Assembly (NCBI RefSeq): GCF_964194025.1
Contig: NC_134471.1
Location: 81,468,001 to 81,532,000 of the forward strand
Length of the DNA: 64,000 nt
Source of the DNA: Convolutriloba macropyga
Taxonomy: Eukaryota
Reading direction: 5' to 3'
The notes beneath the pieces were generated by a model, which worked only from the letters and a program-made list of their open reading frames with translations, ran no database searches and had not been told where the DNA came from. Shown here piece by piece: positions 13,600 through 25,149 of this stretch (positions are counted from its first letter, which is position 1; each line of letters begins with the position of its first letter). Made by a program: the position numbers and the translations under genes.

Positions 13600-14186
13600 G
13601 CGCAACTATAAACAATCCAGCTTTCAAGCGACTCAGGTACAAATGTTACTATAGTTAGCTACATGACCAACTGAAAGAAAATAATCTTTGAAGTCAGCTA
13701 ACAAGGCCAGTCATAATTAGGGTAATTTCGGCTTTAGTTTCATTGTTCTGCAGTTCAAATATCCAAACAGTTACGCAATTACTACTAATCTCAACAAATA
13801 AGCCAATAATCGCCTGATCCTGCTGAGGCGTATACCATGGTTCGGAAATTGATGATACAAAATACAAAGGAGGGTGAGATCTTAAAAATATGCTTTCCCT
13901 ATTCCATTCTCTTGTCCTACAAATTGACAGTGCACTGTTAATTACCTAGACCACAATTCGGTAACTGCTACATCGTGAGCGCTTGTTGTGTCAGACCACC
14001 TTTATCAGATGTCAAGTTTCCATCTGAAGATAAGGGGCCAAACATTTCTTGCACTCGGTTTACGCTATTATAATGGAAAAAATACATTTCAAAATCTGCA
14101 TATACACAATAATTGAATTTCTCCGATGCATAAAAGTTTTACTAAAGATCCTACAAAACATTTTCATTTATAATTATTGTATCCAT
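13600..14186 (-). mobile_element. Fragment of the decayed LINE unit repeated at 25150-33875
   Basis: 13790-14186 is near-identical to about 27960-28320 and 30560-30930 (tgagatcttaaaaatatgctttccctattcc...gacagtgcactgttaattacctagac). Confidence 0.8.
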
Positions 14187-14189
14187 CTA

Positions 14190-15141
14190 GCGAAAAACGC
14201 GGAGAGCCGTACGCCGACACTATAAGCTACATCCGGGCCCTCCCAGCACTACGTCTTCATAAAGCATTTCGCATAGTTTAAATCTATCAATATAATGATA
14301 TATACAACCATCAGATGAGGAAGTATACCAAAGACAGACAGCATTAGAAAACAAACAAATAATGAACAAAGTAGATGAGTCAAACTAACAGCCTCCCTTC
14401 TTCAACCACAGCTCACATCGAGGCATCTACAATTTCGCGCCGCCTAAGTGTCCTTGACCCACGAATGCAGAGGATAGAACTCCGCTTAAGAGCAAAGCTT
14501 GTTTTTGTCCTTAGATACGATATGATATCAGCATAGCTGTCCTCTTCGCGCAGAGAGCTTTGATGCCAGTTGTTTCCGCGCTTTTGAAAAAGATGGGCCA
14601 GCTCCACCAGTGCATGGGAAGACAAGCGGACAAAACGTTGCTTTCTCAACCTCAGTTATTCTTTGTTTATATTTGTTCTTTTTAATAGATTCATGGTACT
14701 TGTAGGCTTCGCTACTGCTTTAAAGGCAACTTTTTGCCAGGGGGTCGAAAAATTTCACATCAAAATAGGTTTTGTTCAACCTCGATTCCCAAAGCCCATT
14801 GGCCTTGATATCTAATCTTGCATCATCATTTGTCGTTGATTTAATCCCCTTGCAACGGCTGAAGATGAGGTTCGATCTCGACATCATGACAGACATCACA
14901 TAACAAGTTCGCAAAGGAATCGCGGAGTTCATTATGTCTCATGTGCGTGTATCCTCCTTTCGGACAGAGGAGGGCATGTGACACAGTGAAGTTTTCCTTG
15001 CATGCGCATAGTGATGAAATCTTCACTGGGTCCCAGGCATAGCCAAGGTTAAAGCCATCATGAAACTCGCTTTTCCTTAGGTCGAAAAGATAACGCTTCA
15101 ATGGCAAAGCGTTCAACCAGCTTGATGCTCCCTTTTCACTA
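14190..15141 (-). mobile_element. CRE-like non-LTR retrotransposon, 3' part (zinc knuckle plus restriction-like endonuclease), decayed
   Basis: WLNALP, CACKENFTVSHALLCPKGG, RHNELRD, EPHLQPL, ARLDIKANGLW...FDVK and SFALKRSSILCIRGSR are the CCHC/RH/PD-(D/E)xK motifs of RLE-encoding CRE-type elements. Confidence 0.85.
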
Positions 15142-15416
15142 TGTAATAACCGTGCTTTGTGTACGGTTACATTTTCGGTTGGGGGTTTTCTTGAGCACTT
15201 TAAACTTCGGGATTACCGATAGCATTCTCTAAGTCTGAGACTTTAATTTAAATATGAAGAAGTAATTATTCAAACGGTTTAAGGCAGAGTTAGGGTTATT
15301 GATTGGAAATAAAAGAAGTTTCAAAAGTTGAGAAGATGTAGAGCTATTTAGAGAAGGGCAGCTCAATTATATGAGGTTTAGTTTCGCATATGGAATTTGG
15401 TTTCGGTCCTACTGAT
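15142..15416 (-). mobile_element. Antisense solo LTR, 3' half (split by Gypsy copy 1)
   Basis: Reverse complement of the LTR 3' end (...aacccccaacc...gcacggttattaCA). Left TSD ACTA at 15138-15141. Confidence 0.9.
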
Positions 15417-15589
15417 TATAGTGAACCATAATGTATGACATGCTCATAAATTACATATTAAGCGCATAATTTGTAATTTATGAGCATGTCATACATTATG
15501 ATACATTATGGTTCACCTTACACAATCGAGCTGCCTCTCTTTAATTGCTTTACATCTCTCATCTTCACAAATCTTCTAATATTTACATC

Positions 15590-16293
15590 TCGTACAGCAA
15601 CCAGGAGAAAAACTGACTGATTTTTTGGGAGATTTAAAGCAGTTGGCTTTGAAAGCTTACCCAACGGAGTCGCAAGACATTAGAGACCATCTCGTTCTGA
15701 GAGGATTTCTAGAAGGAATCAACCATAGTCAGGTGAGGTTAGATCTCAGAAAGCAAATTGGCGATAAGGATATGAACATTGAAACAGTTTTGGAAAGAGC
15801 ATTGCATCTGGAAGCTGTAACAAGAATAGAGGAGGAAGAGCAAACACCAAAAGTTGCGGTAATTAGACGAGATGAAACAAAAGATTTAGTGGAGGCCGTC
15901 ACCAAGCTTTTGAACCAATTGTCAGTAGATGACAAACAGCGAGAAAACCGTCGAAACCAATCTAGGGAGCGAAGTGGTTCCCGGGGACGGTGGGGTGACG
16001 ACAGACGTGACAGAGGACAGCAACAAGATCGTGGGTTTAACGATCGGCGGCGATTTCCAACGCCAGGACCTAGTCACCGAGACAGATCTGTTGGAAGAGA
16101 GGAACCGTCTAGGAGGAACGACAGGCAGGGTTTCAAGTGCAGAGCCTGTGGACAAGAAGGACACCTTTCGAGGAATTGTCGAAATTGTTTCCTATGTGGA
16201 ATTTCCCAACACTTGAAAAGAAACTGCCCTTTTAAAAAGAAAACCACCGAGAACTGCAATGTCATTAGAGTTTGTTCGACAAACACAATTTAA
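15590..16293 (+). pseudogene. gag: Gag, 5'-truncated (two CCHC knuckles)
   Basis: CRACGQEGHLSRNC and CFLCGISQHLKRNC. The TAA at 16291 is AAA in copy 2 and pol continues in the same frame, so the ancestor had a single gag-pol ORF. Confidence 0.88.
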
Positions 16294-19200
16294 TGTCTAA
16301 ACGCAGAAATCATACTTCATGGGAACAGATGCGTTGGATTAATAGACAGTGGAAGTAGTATATCGCTTTTGAGCTGGTCCACATACGAAAAACTGGGAAA
16401 ACCGGGAATTGTACAAACATACACAAAACGAGTGTTAACAGCCAATAACTCAGCTGTCAAAATATTAGGCAGAGTAACGCTTTTGGTACAGATGCAACCA
16501 AGACTACCGGAGGTCGAACAAGAGTTTGTGATAACGGCAGACGGAGGTATAAAATGTCTGCTGGGAATTGATTTCCAGAAAACCAATAAATGCGTATTGA
16601 ACTTACACGAAGAGAAACTATATAGCAGTCACTTTAAAGTTTCAATACCACTCACCACAGAGAAAACGCAAGGTGTTCAAGTTTTTGCAATTGCGGGACA
16701 AAACACTTATATACAGAGTAAAAACGAAAATCTAATCAAAATTAGATTAGCTGATGAAAACGGAGAAGAAATTCCGGGAGTGGAAGGATTAGTGGAAGCA
16801 ATTGGAGATTTTGAACTAAAGACTGGTTTGCTTTTAGCCGCCTGTATGATATCAATGGAAGATGGTTGGAGTTTGATAAAAGTGTTAAATCTAACGGACG
16901 CACCAGTAACCGTGTATAAAAACACTAAAGTGGGAACTTACTTTGAAAACAAACAGAACTTAGTTGTGAATGGAACTTTCACAAATCAAAATAAGCCAAA
17001 AACATTAGAAACTTTTCAAATGGGAAAACACGCAAACTTGGAAGGTTCTAAACTAAATGACCAGCAGAAAGAAAAAGTACAGGAATTGTTCACGAGACAT
17101 CAACAAGTCTTCTCACGAAACTCAAATGACTTAGGATATTGTGACAAAATTAAACACCAGATTAAACTCAACAAAGATGCACAGCCGTTCAGAAGAAGTT
17201 ATTGCAGTATGAGTTTTGACAAAAGAAAAGCAATGAAAAAAATTGTCGAAGATCTAGAGGATGCAAAATTAATTGAACCAACCCATTCGTATTGGGCAGC
17301 ACCATCAATATTGGTGAAGAAGAAAGATGGTAGCTACAGACTAGTTGTAGATTACAGAGGTTTGAATAAACAAATCGAGAAAACCAGTTGGCCGCTACCA
17401 AGAATAAATGACGTTATTGATTCTCTAGATGGAAATTGTTACTTTTCCAATATCGATTTGACATCGGGATATTTTCAAATGGCACTCGATGAAGAGTCAC
17501 AGAACGTGACAGCCTTTGTAACTCCAATGGGACTCTACAAATGGAAGAGACTACCCATGGGTTTGGCGTCAGCGCCAGGAGCTTTTCAAAATTTAATGGA
17601 ATTGATCATGTCGGGACTCTCCTACGAGGTGGCTCTAGTATACCTGGATGACATAATCATCTTCGGTAGATCCTTTGAGGAGCATCTCAACCGCCTAGAT
17701 CTCGTACTTGGGCGACTTAAAGACGCTGGATTGAAAATAAAAGGCTCAAAATGCAGGTTTTTTCAGGAAAAAATTCATTTCCTGGGACACATTGTATCAA
17801 ATAAAGGCGTAGAAGTGGATCCGGAGAAAGTAGCGGCAGTCAGTAAAATGAAAAGCCCACGAACAATAAAAGCATTGAGAGCTATATTAGGACTAGTAGG
17901 CTTTTACAGAAGATTCATACAAGATTTCGGAAAAATAGCAGAGCCGCTTTATAAGCTATTAAACAAAAAAGAACGTTTTACTTGGAGCAAGGAATGCGAA
18001 TCAGCAGTTGAACAACTAAAACAAGCTTTACAGAAAGCACCGATTTTGGGTTATCCGAATGACACGGATCCCTATACGTTAAACACCGACGCCTCTTTGT
18101 TTGGAATTGGCGCAATTATTTCCCAAAGACAACAATGGGGTGAAAGAGTTATTGCATACGCAAGCAAAACGCTCAGCAAAAGTCAACGAAACTATTCTGC
18201 GACAAAACGAGAACTTTTTGCATTAGTTTATTTTACTCAACACTTCAGAAATTATCTTCTTGGACAAAAATTTTTAATTGTTACTGACCCTAGGGCCCTC
18301 ACGTGGTTATATAGTTTTAAGGAACCAGACGGATTATTGGCCCGGTGGATAGAAAAGCTCGGACAGTTTGACTTTGAAATCAAACACGAAGCGGGAAAAA
18401 AGATCCCTCACGCGGACTGTCTGTCGAGAGTTCCACAGACTGAAAACCAAGTCGAAGACTGCAATCAAGTGAACCAAATAAATACGGAAGAAAAAAATAT
18501 CTGGTCCATTGGACTAGGGAAATCTGTTTAACAACTAGTTGAACATCAGAAAAATGCAGCCGACCTCATTATACTGAGAAACTGGAATGAGAACGGGAAA
18601 CGCCCTCAAAGAAAACACATGGCAGGAGCCTCTAGGGCACTGTGGAAACGTTGGACTGATTTCAGAAACTTACGGATTGAAAATGATCTAATCAAGAGAC
18701 AGAAACATATTGACGAAATTAATAACTTAACACAAATAGTCATTCAGAGATCACTTTTAAAAGAAATTCTACCTTTCCTTCATGAACATTGCGGACACTT
18801 TGGTATGGCCAAGACATTTGATCGGGTTCGAGAACGATTCTACTGGCCCGGGATGAAAAAAGATGTCCATGAGTGGGTAAGTTCTTGCGAAGAATGCTGT
18901 CAAAAGAAATCTCCACACCAGAAACACATACACAGTCTGACAACGTGGAAACCAAGTCATCCGTTCTGGCAAGTTGCCTTAGACATTATGGGACCTTTAC
19001 CAGAGTCCAGCGGAAACAAATACATTCTGTTAATTGGAGATCAATTTACAAAATGGTATGAAGCAATTCCCATGAGCAACCAAGAAGCTTCAACGGTCGC
19101 CTTTGTAAATGTATGGGTTTCAAGGTTTGGTTGTCCGGCAAATCTTCATAGCGACAAGGGCAGTAATTTTATGTCGAATCTTTTCAAGAACATGTGTAAA

Positions 19201-20325
19201 GAGCTGGGAATTAACAGGACTTCAACAACAGCTTATCACCCTCAAGGAAACGCAATGATAGAGCGCACCAATCGCACAATCGAAGAGAGTCTTGCAAAAT
19301 ACGTGGGTGAACATCACAACACCTGGAGCGACTACCTTCCGCTAGTAATGATGGCGTACAGATCATCAATTCACTCTGTTACGAAGTACAGCTCCCTTTA
19401 CCTCCTTTTTGGACGATCATGCGCGCTGCCGATTGATAGCATGTATCAAACAATACAAACCAAAATCTACCCAACTTTGAGTGATTATGTTGGTTGCTTG
19501 AAAGATGAACTACAAACGTGCCATGAGCTGGTACGGGAAAGCATGGATGTGGAGCAACAAAGACAAAAAACCTACTATGACCGTAGCACATTTGGACCAC
19601 AATATGAAGTAGGTGATTTAGTAATGGTGTTCAACCCCACAATAAAAACTGGCCAGACAAAGAAATTTAAATCCTTTTACAGCGGACCGCAGGTAATACG
19701 TGAAATAATAAATGATCTGAACTTTGTTATTGAGGATGTGAAAACAAAAAAACAACAAAAGGTCAACTACGATCGACTCAAACGTTTTAACAGTAGAAGT
19801 GCTACCACCGATAAAAAAGAACCTAAGAAGGGAAAGATTGAACCGAAAATAACACAAAACAACCTTACGGAGGACAATGATTTTGTGGAAATTGAAGTGG
19901 TGACCCCAAAACAGAATGACACAGAAAGAAGAGAAGTTCAACCTGAAGGAAATATTAGTCAAATTAATCCTAATACTGAAACTCACAATGAGACAGTCAA
20001 AGACGAATCGTTTCAAACACCTATGGGTGGGAGTACAAGAGAATCAATAAATACTAACACCAATAATAAGAGCAGAAGCACAAAGATACCTGCGCCCAAA
20101 GTAGCCACACAGCAGAAGCGGGATAGTCTGGTGTCAACATCCGAAAGGAGTGAAGGCGAAGAATTTCCAAATAGGAGCACGGCTTCTACTTCGCAAAATG
20201 TCACCGAACGACGATATCAGACAAGAAGTGCGTCGGGAATAACAAGACCACGGAAACTGAAAAACTATTTTTTATTCAAGGATAACGATTCAGATGAAAA
20301 ATTTGATAATGATGTATTTTTTTAA
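16294..20325 (+). pseudogene. pol: Pol (protease, RT, RNase H, integrase) with one in-frame stop
   Basis: LIDSGS protease; LPMGLASAPGAFQ and YLDDII in RT; TDAS and NYSATKRELFA in RNase H; H...GHFG...YWPGM...CEEC; LDIMGP, HSDKG and IERTNRTI (DDE); GPQ (GPY/F). Stop at 18529-18531 is GAA in copy 2. Confidence 0.95.
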
Positions 20326-20341
20326 AAGGTGATACGACAAA

Positions 20342-22398
20342 ATGCAGAGTGCGTGGAACCCACATTGGATCGTGCAGCTGAACTGGAAACTTCTTCAGTT
20401 GGTTAGCATATTAGGTTTTTCACAATCCTTGGAGATTGTGGGGTATGATTTTGGGAACATTCTACAGACGCAGAAATTTGCAATGACGGAACCGACAAAA
20501 TGTGAAACGTCACATATAAATGAGGAGCAGGTAAACAAAGGAGGACTGATCTACGCCAAAAGCAGCATGAGTAAACTAAAATACTGCATGTACAGGGCTG
20601 CATATACGGTAACTGTGCTGAAAAAAAGTATTTGGTATGACGACGCAACTTACTTAAACGAAAAATCACAAATAATTCCAACGTTTTACCCAATGAGTCA
20701 GTCTGTCAAAATCTATGGCAGGGACACAAAACGCGGTTACCGGGTCTCGGTGATTTTGAATTCAATGCTCCCAAAGAAGTCCTCAACGAGATGAATATTG
20801 ACCGAACCGACGCTGAATTTGTTCAGAAGATATCAAAAACTTTCATGAAAGGCGGAAATGAGAAAGGAGTGAATTATGTCTACCCCGTGGATTGGATCAA
20901 TCCAAAAGGTGAAACACAGAAAGGTAACATCATGATAAATGCAGAAATTTTCATGGGGACTTTGTTCATTGAAACTAGGGAAGCAAATGAAGGAACATGG
21001 TTATATTTTAAAGACCCTTTGAAACAGGAGCAGACCTTGTTATATCAAGGAGACACATTTGAAATAGATTCAGTACAATATCTGTTCGACCAAGACAAAA
21101 AACCAAACATCTTAACGATCGTTAAATTTTCAGACTCGATAACAGCAAAACTAGTCCGCGCTGGAAACAAAAATTACTTGACGAGCAAATTAGACAGGAA
21201 AAGAAATTTAGTTGTCCAGTTGAAAAACAAGACAAAACATATAGACAGTTTTCTGCTTTTTGAAACAAACCACAGAAATTTGTTTTATACAACGGAAAAG
21301 TTGAAGGCCACGGAACAAAATTTTTCAACAACAGATATATCTGAGACAGATCTCAGGGACATAAAACTCGATCAACTTTTTGTGTGGGATTTTCGAGGCA
21401 TGTTTGAAAACCTGAAAGAAATAGAGTTATTAAATTGTCACATAGAAAAACTGCACAGAGCTATGATTCTAACGACATCAATTAACGGAAATTCACACCA
21501 AATTTTCTTAAGTCAACAAAAAGCTCTGGGTACACACGCAGAAAGAGCGGGAGGAATACTATATGTCCATAGGTGCGCTAAAGTAATCGTACATGTTGTC
21601 GAAAATCAGTTTTGTACGGAGGAAGTACCAGTTAGGATGTTTTCTGACAACACTTCAGAAGTAATTAGATACATGGACCCCATTTCTAGAGTATTCTATA
21701 GAAATTTCACACTGATTAATTGCAACCCCATGTACCCGAACGCTCTTGAATTGCAGAATGGGTCATGGATAACATATGGGCGAAGGATACAATTAATTGA
21801 AAAACCCAATGTTATGCCTAATTATAGAGTTAACGTCAATTGGTCAACTTCGGCGCCAATGGAAGGGTTTTTCAATGACAAGGACCTGGAACTTAGCAAA
21901 AGGGCCCAAAGGTTAAGGCATTCGAGAAAGACGATAACAGGAAGAGAAGTTTTCCTGGGACAAGGAGATTTATATGAGCATGAGACTCTAGAGTATTTCA
22001 ACAAGGATTTAAATTACAATAATTAGTGGCATGAATTGCTGATTTTTGAATATTTGGGTAATGAAGTGAAACAAATCTGGCCTGTGGCCAGGGAAATAAC
22101 CATCAGTTTAATGACTATTTTTATTGGATCTAAAATCATATTTTGTTTGGTACGCGTGTTTCTTTCAATCGATATGCTACGCAGTGGCACCAATCCTGTA
22201 ATTGCACTGCAACCCATTAACCCAATGGGGGAACTAGGTTATTTTCATTATTTAAAACAACGTAAAAAGGAACAAGAATTGACAAGAAAAAGGACAGTTG
22301 AACGGTGTGATGGTGAAACAAACATCGTTGTTATAAAAGCAAAAAAGGCAAAATCTGTACCAGATATGGCAGAAATTGAAATCGATACATTAGACTAA
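20342..22398 (+). pseudogene. env: Envelope-like glycoprotein resembling chuvirus (Jingchuvirales) class III fusion proteins
   Basis: N-terminal signal-like stretch then IVGYDF; FETNHRNLF; GGILYVHRCAKVIV...CTEEVPV...YMDPISRVF...INCNPMYP; several NxS/T sites; C-terminal hydrophobic segment ITISLMTIFIGSKIIFCLV. Frameshift near 20693 is repaired by copy 2; in-frame TAG at 22024. Confidence 0.75.
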
Positions 22399-22420
22399 TT
22401 TACGTGTATGATATGTAGGA

Positions 22421-23263
22421 ATGGCAGAACCAAAAATTGGTGATTATTGCTATTATCTACCCGAGTTGTTCGAAGTGAGGTCAATAGTCAGGCAACAAGT
22501 GTATCGGATTGTTGGTGTAACCTCAAACAAAAAGTACGTGGTGCCACTGACGCAGCTGCAACCACCCAATATAGTGGATAGAGCCGCAATTAGCGTTGAT
22601 GAGTTAAATGAGATGCAACACAGAATCGAGGAACAACAAAAGAAGATTGACAACAGCGAAATGCTGGGAACAGCCGGGGCTCGGCTCGAAGAGGAGCTCC
22701 GGCAGTTAAAACTTGAAAGTCAAAGATTAGGTGATCAATTGCTGGAGACCCAACGGCAACTTGAATACGCTGGGAATCAGCGGGAGTCCTGCAGAAGGCA
22801 GGTGGAAGCATTGAAGAAAGAGTTGGAGGAGGTTACAAATGTAGCCGAAACAAAAACAAGGGAATGTATCGCTCTGGTGGACGAGCGGGAGTGCTTAGCT
22901 CGGGAGTTGGAGAATGCCGAGATAGACAATAGAAAGCTGAGGGGTAGAGTAAAAACAGAGCAAACCTCAAAGAAGGTCATACAGAGGAGGCTGGAGGCGA
23001 TCAATGCGCAGAGCCCGATCAGTCGACCTCCAAACTTTTATGAACTTCTATTCCTGCCACAGGGGGCCACAACCAGTACTATCCAGAAACATTTCAAAAC
23101 GTTAGCAATGCTTTGTCATCCGGACAAGGGTGGTCGTGAGGACATGTTCAAAATCATTCTTCAAGCAAAGAAAATTATGGAAGACGAGGAGGCCCGTAAT
23201 ATCTATGACAAGTACGGCATTGAAAAAGCACAAGAATATATGAACTCGAAAATGGACATTTGA
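22421..23263 (+). CDS. Coiled-coil plus C-terminal DnaJ (J-domain) protein encoded inside the LTR element
   Basis: Intact 280-aa ORF with NFYELL...ATTSTIQKHFKTLAMLCHPDKGG...FK.I..AK.IMED...RNIYDKYG. It ends about 40 nt before the PPT and has a homologue in copy 2. Confidence 0.92.
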   Translation: MAEPKIGDYCYYLPELFEVRSIVRQQVYRIVGVTSNKKYVVPLTQLQPPNIVDRAAISVDELNEMQHRIEEQQKKIDNSEMLGTAGARLEEELRQLKLESQRLGDQLLETQRQLEYAGNQRESCRRQVEALKKELEEVTNVAETKTRECIALVDERECLARELENAEIDNRKLRGRVKTEQTSKKVIQRRLEAINAQSPISRPPNFYELLFLPQGATTSTIQKHFKTLAMLCHPDKGGREDMFKIILQAKKIMEDEEARNIYDKYGIEKAQEYMNSKMDI

Positions 23264-23317
23264 AACTCTTGCTGTGTGAGTGAGTAGAACACTCACATTT
23301 TTCTAAGAGGGAGGCAG

Positions 23318-23934
23318 TATAGTGAACCATAATGTATGACATGCTCATAAATTACATATTAAGCGCATAATTCGAAATTTTCATAAACAAAAAGGAGAAC
23401 AAAAAGAGATGGTTACTAATAGTAAACCGGATTTTAACAATATAGAGAAAGCATCATAAATAATGATGGGAATCATCATAGAATTTAATCTTGACGGGAA
23501 ACGTCAAGGAATGTTTGTTCATGACGGGATTCGTCAAAGCAGGTAAACCTGTTATCTGTTAGTTTAACTAACAGGGACCCATGCGGTAGAAAATAACTAT
23601 GAGAAAATCCCACGGAGATTAACGAAAATGGGTAAAAATAACCTAAGTTTAATTAACCATTGATAGGACTGAAACCAAAGAACATATTCAAACCTAAACC
23701 TTACACAATCGAGCTGCCTCTCTTTAATTGCTTTACATCTCTCATCTTCACAAATCTTCTAATTTTTACAAGCAATTGATCTAATTTTGTATTAAACTGA
23801 TTGAACTTTTACATTTGCTCCATTAAATTCAAGTCTGAAACTTGGAAAATTTTCCTCAGTAACTCCGAGGTTTAAAGTGCTTAGGAATAACATCCAACCC
23901 AAACCGTAACCGTTGACAGTGCACGGATATTACA
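23318..23934 (+). repeat. 3' LTR of copy 1 (617 bp, TA...CA)
   Basis: Follows the PPT directly; homologous to 49571-50167 and 59186-59807. Confidence 0.93.
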
Positions 23935-24245
23935 TGATGGCTGAATAATCTTAGGTTGTTTTTACCCATTTTCTTTAATCTCTTTGGGATTTTCTCATAG
24001 TCATTTTCTACCGCACGTGTCCCTGTTAAATAAACTAACAGACAACAGATTAACCCGTCAGGAATCCCGTCAATAACAAACATTCCTTGACGTCTCCCGT
24101 CAGGATGAAATTTCGTTATGATTCCCATCATTATCTAAGATGCTTTCTTTATATTGTTAATTGTTCTCCCATTTATTGCGAAAATTTTGAATAGTGCGTT
24201 CAAAATGTATTTTATGTTATACATTAAATTTTATCGATTACTACA
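23935..24245 (-). mobile_element. Antisense solo LTR, 5' half
   Basis: Reverse complement of the LTR 5' half, starting TGTAG at 24245. Right TSD ACTA at 24246-24249. Joins 15416 seamlessly once copy 1 is removed. Confidence 0.9.
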
Positions 24246-25135
24246 ACTAGCTAAGTCAAGTGAGCGAATCTTGTTCTTATTCAATTCGCTCTTAATTCTT
24301 GTCTTCTTTGATTTGATTATAAGCTCTTTCTACTTATTTAATTCATGTTTGATTTGTTTTTGCTTTAGTTCGGCTTCAGGCAGAGATATAAATAGAGGAC
24401 TTGACAATTGAACTGATCGTTCATATTCCTTAAGGCGGTCATCAATTTTATGTTCCGGCCACTCTGCCTTATCGGAAACGAAAGGATATACCTGTATTTT
24501 GGATAGTAGTGGGGATTCTTTAATAGATTAGGTAATAGCCCATTGTTGATTTATTTCTCTCATTCTATTTAAAGGTCTTTAATATTAGGTGTTGTACGTG
24601 CCAAGAAGGTCAGTTTATGCTGAACTGATTAAACGAAAAATTTATAAACATTTTGATGTGAAAGATTGGCATGAGCGGCTAGTTTTCTTAACTACAATTT
24701 CGGCTGTTTTATTGATCTTTCTAAAAAATCTTTATTATCAGAGTCTATTACACTACCAAGTACTCTACATCCGTCAACTATTTCAACGTCATCGTGAACA
24801 AAGATGTTTTTTCAAAAAGATGTTCTATTGTAATGATGTGGCATTTGGTAAGATGGTAACCGAAAGCAGGACCGTGTTTTATCAACGCTTCAAAAAGTTT
24901 TTTCGAGTTATAAAGAGAGCCAACAGCATTGCCATCGTCTGCATAACATTTTTGGACCGTGAATCAATCGTCAAGAAGTTTAATAAAGGGGATAATGGCA
25001 ATTCCATACATCGACATCGCAAATAGGGAATATTGTTTGTTTGTTAATAAACGAACTCTAATCACAGTATGTTTTACATATAGAATGATAGAGAGAACGA
25101 CCTAATTTATTGATGTTTCGTGAAGCAAGATCAGG
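24246..25135 (-). mobile_element. CRE-like non-LTR retrotransposon, RT part (continuation of 14190-15141)
   Basis: Minus strand reads AMSMYGIAIIPFIKLLDD*FTVQKCYADDGNAVGSL...HGPAFGYHLTKC (RT YADD motif near 24935). Confidence 0.82.
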
Positions 25136-25149
25136 TTTGAGACTATTGA

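Larger units (their letters stand above)
15417..23934 (+). mobile_element. Ty3/Gypsy LTR retrotransposon with env-like and J-domain ORFs, copy 1
   Basis: Rearranged 5' LTR from 15417, then gag-PR-RT-RH-IN, extra ORFs, PPT AAGAGGGAGGCAG and 3' LTR 23318-23934. 4-bp TSD TGAT at 15413-15416 and 23935-23938. Confidence 0.95.

Noticed and set aside
16291-16293. Programmed gag-pol readthrough at the gag TAA
   Set aside because: Copy 2 has AAA at this codon, so it is a private nonsense mutation in a single gag-pol ORF.
19800-20325. Chromodomain at the integrase C-terminus
   Set aside because: The tail is low-complexity Ser/Thr/Glu/Lys-rich and lacks the aromatic-cage pattern.
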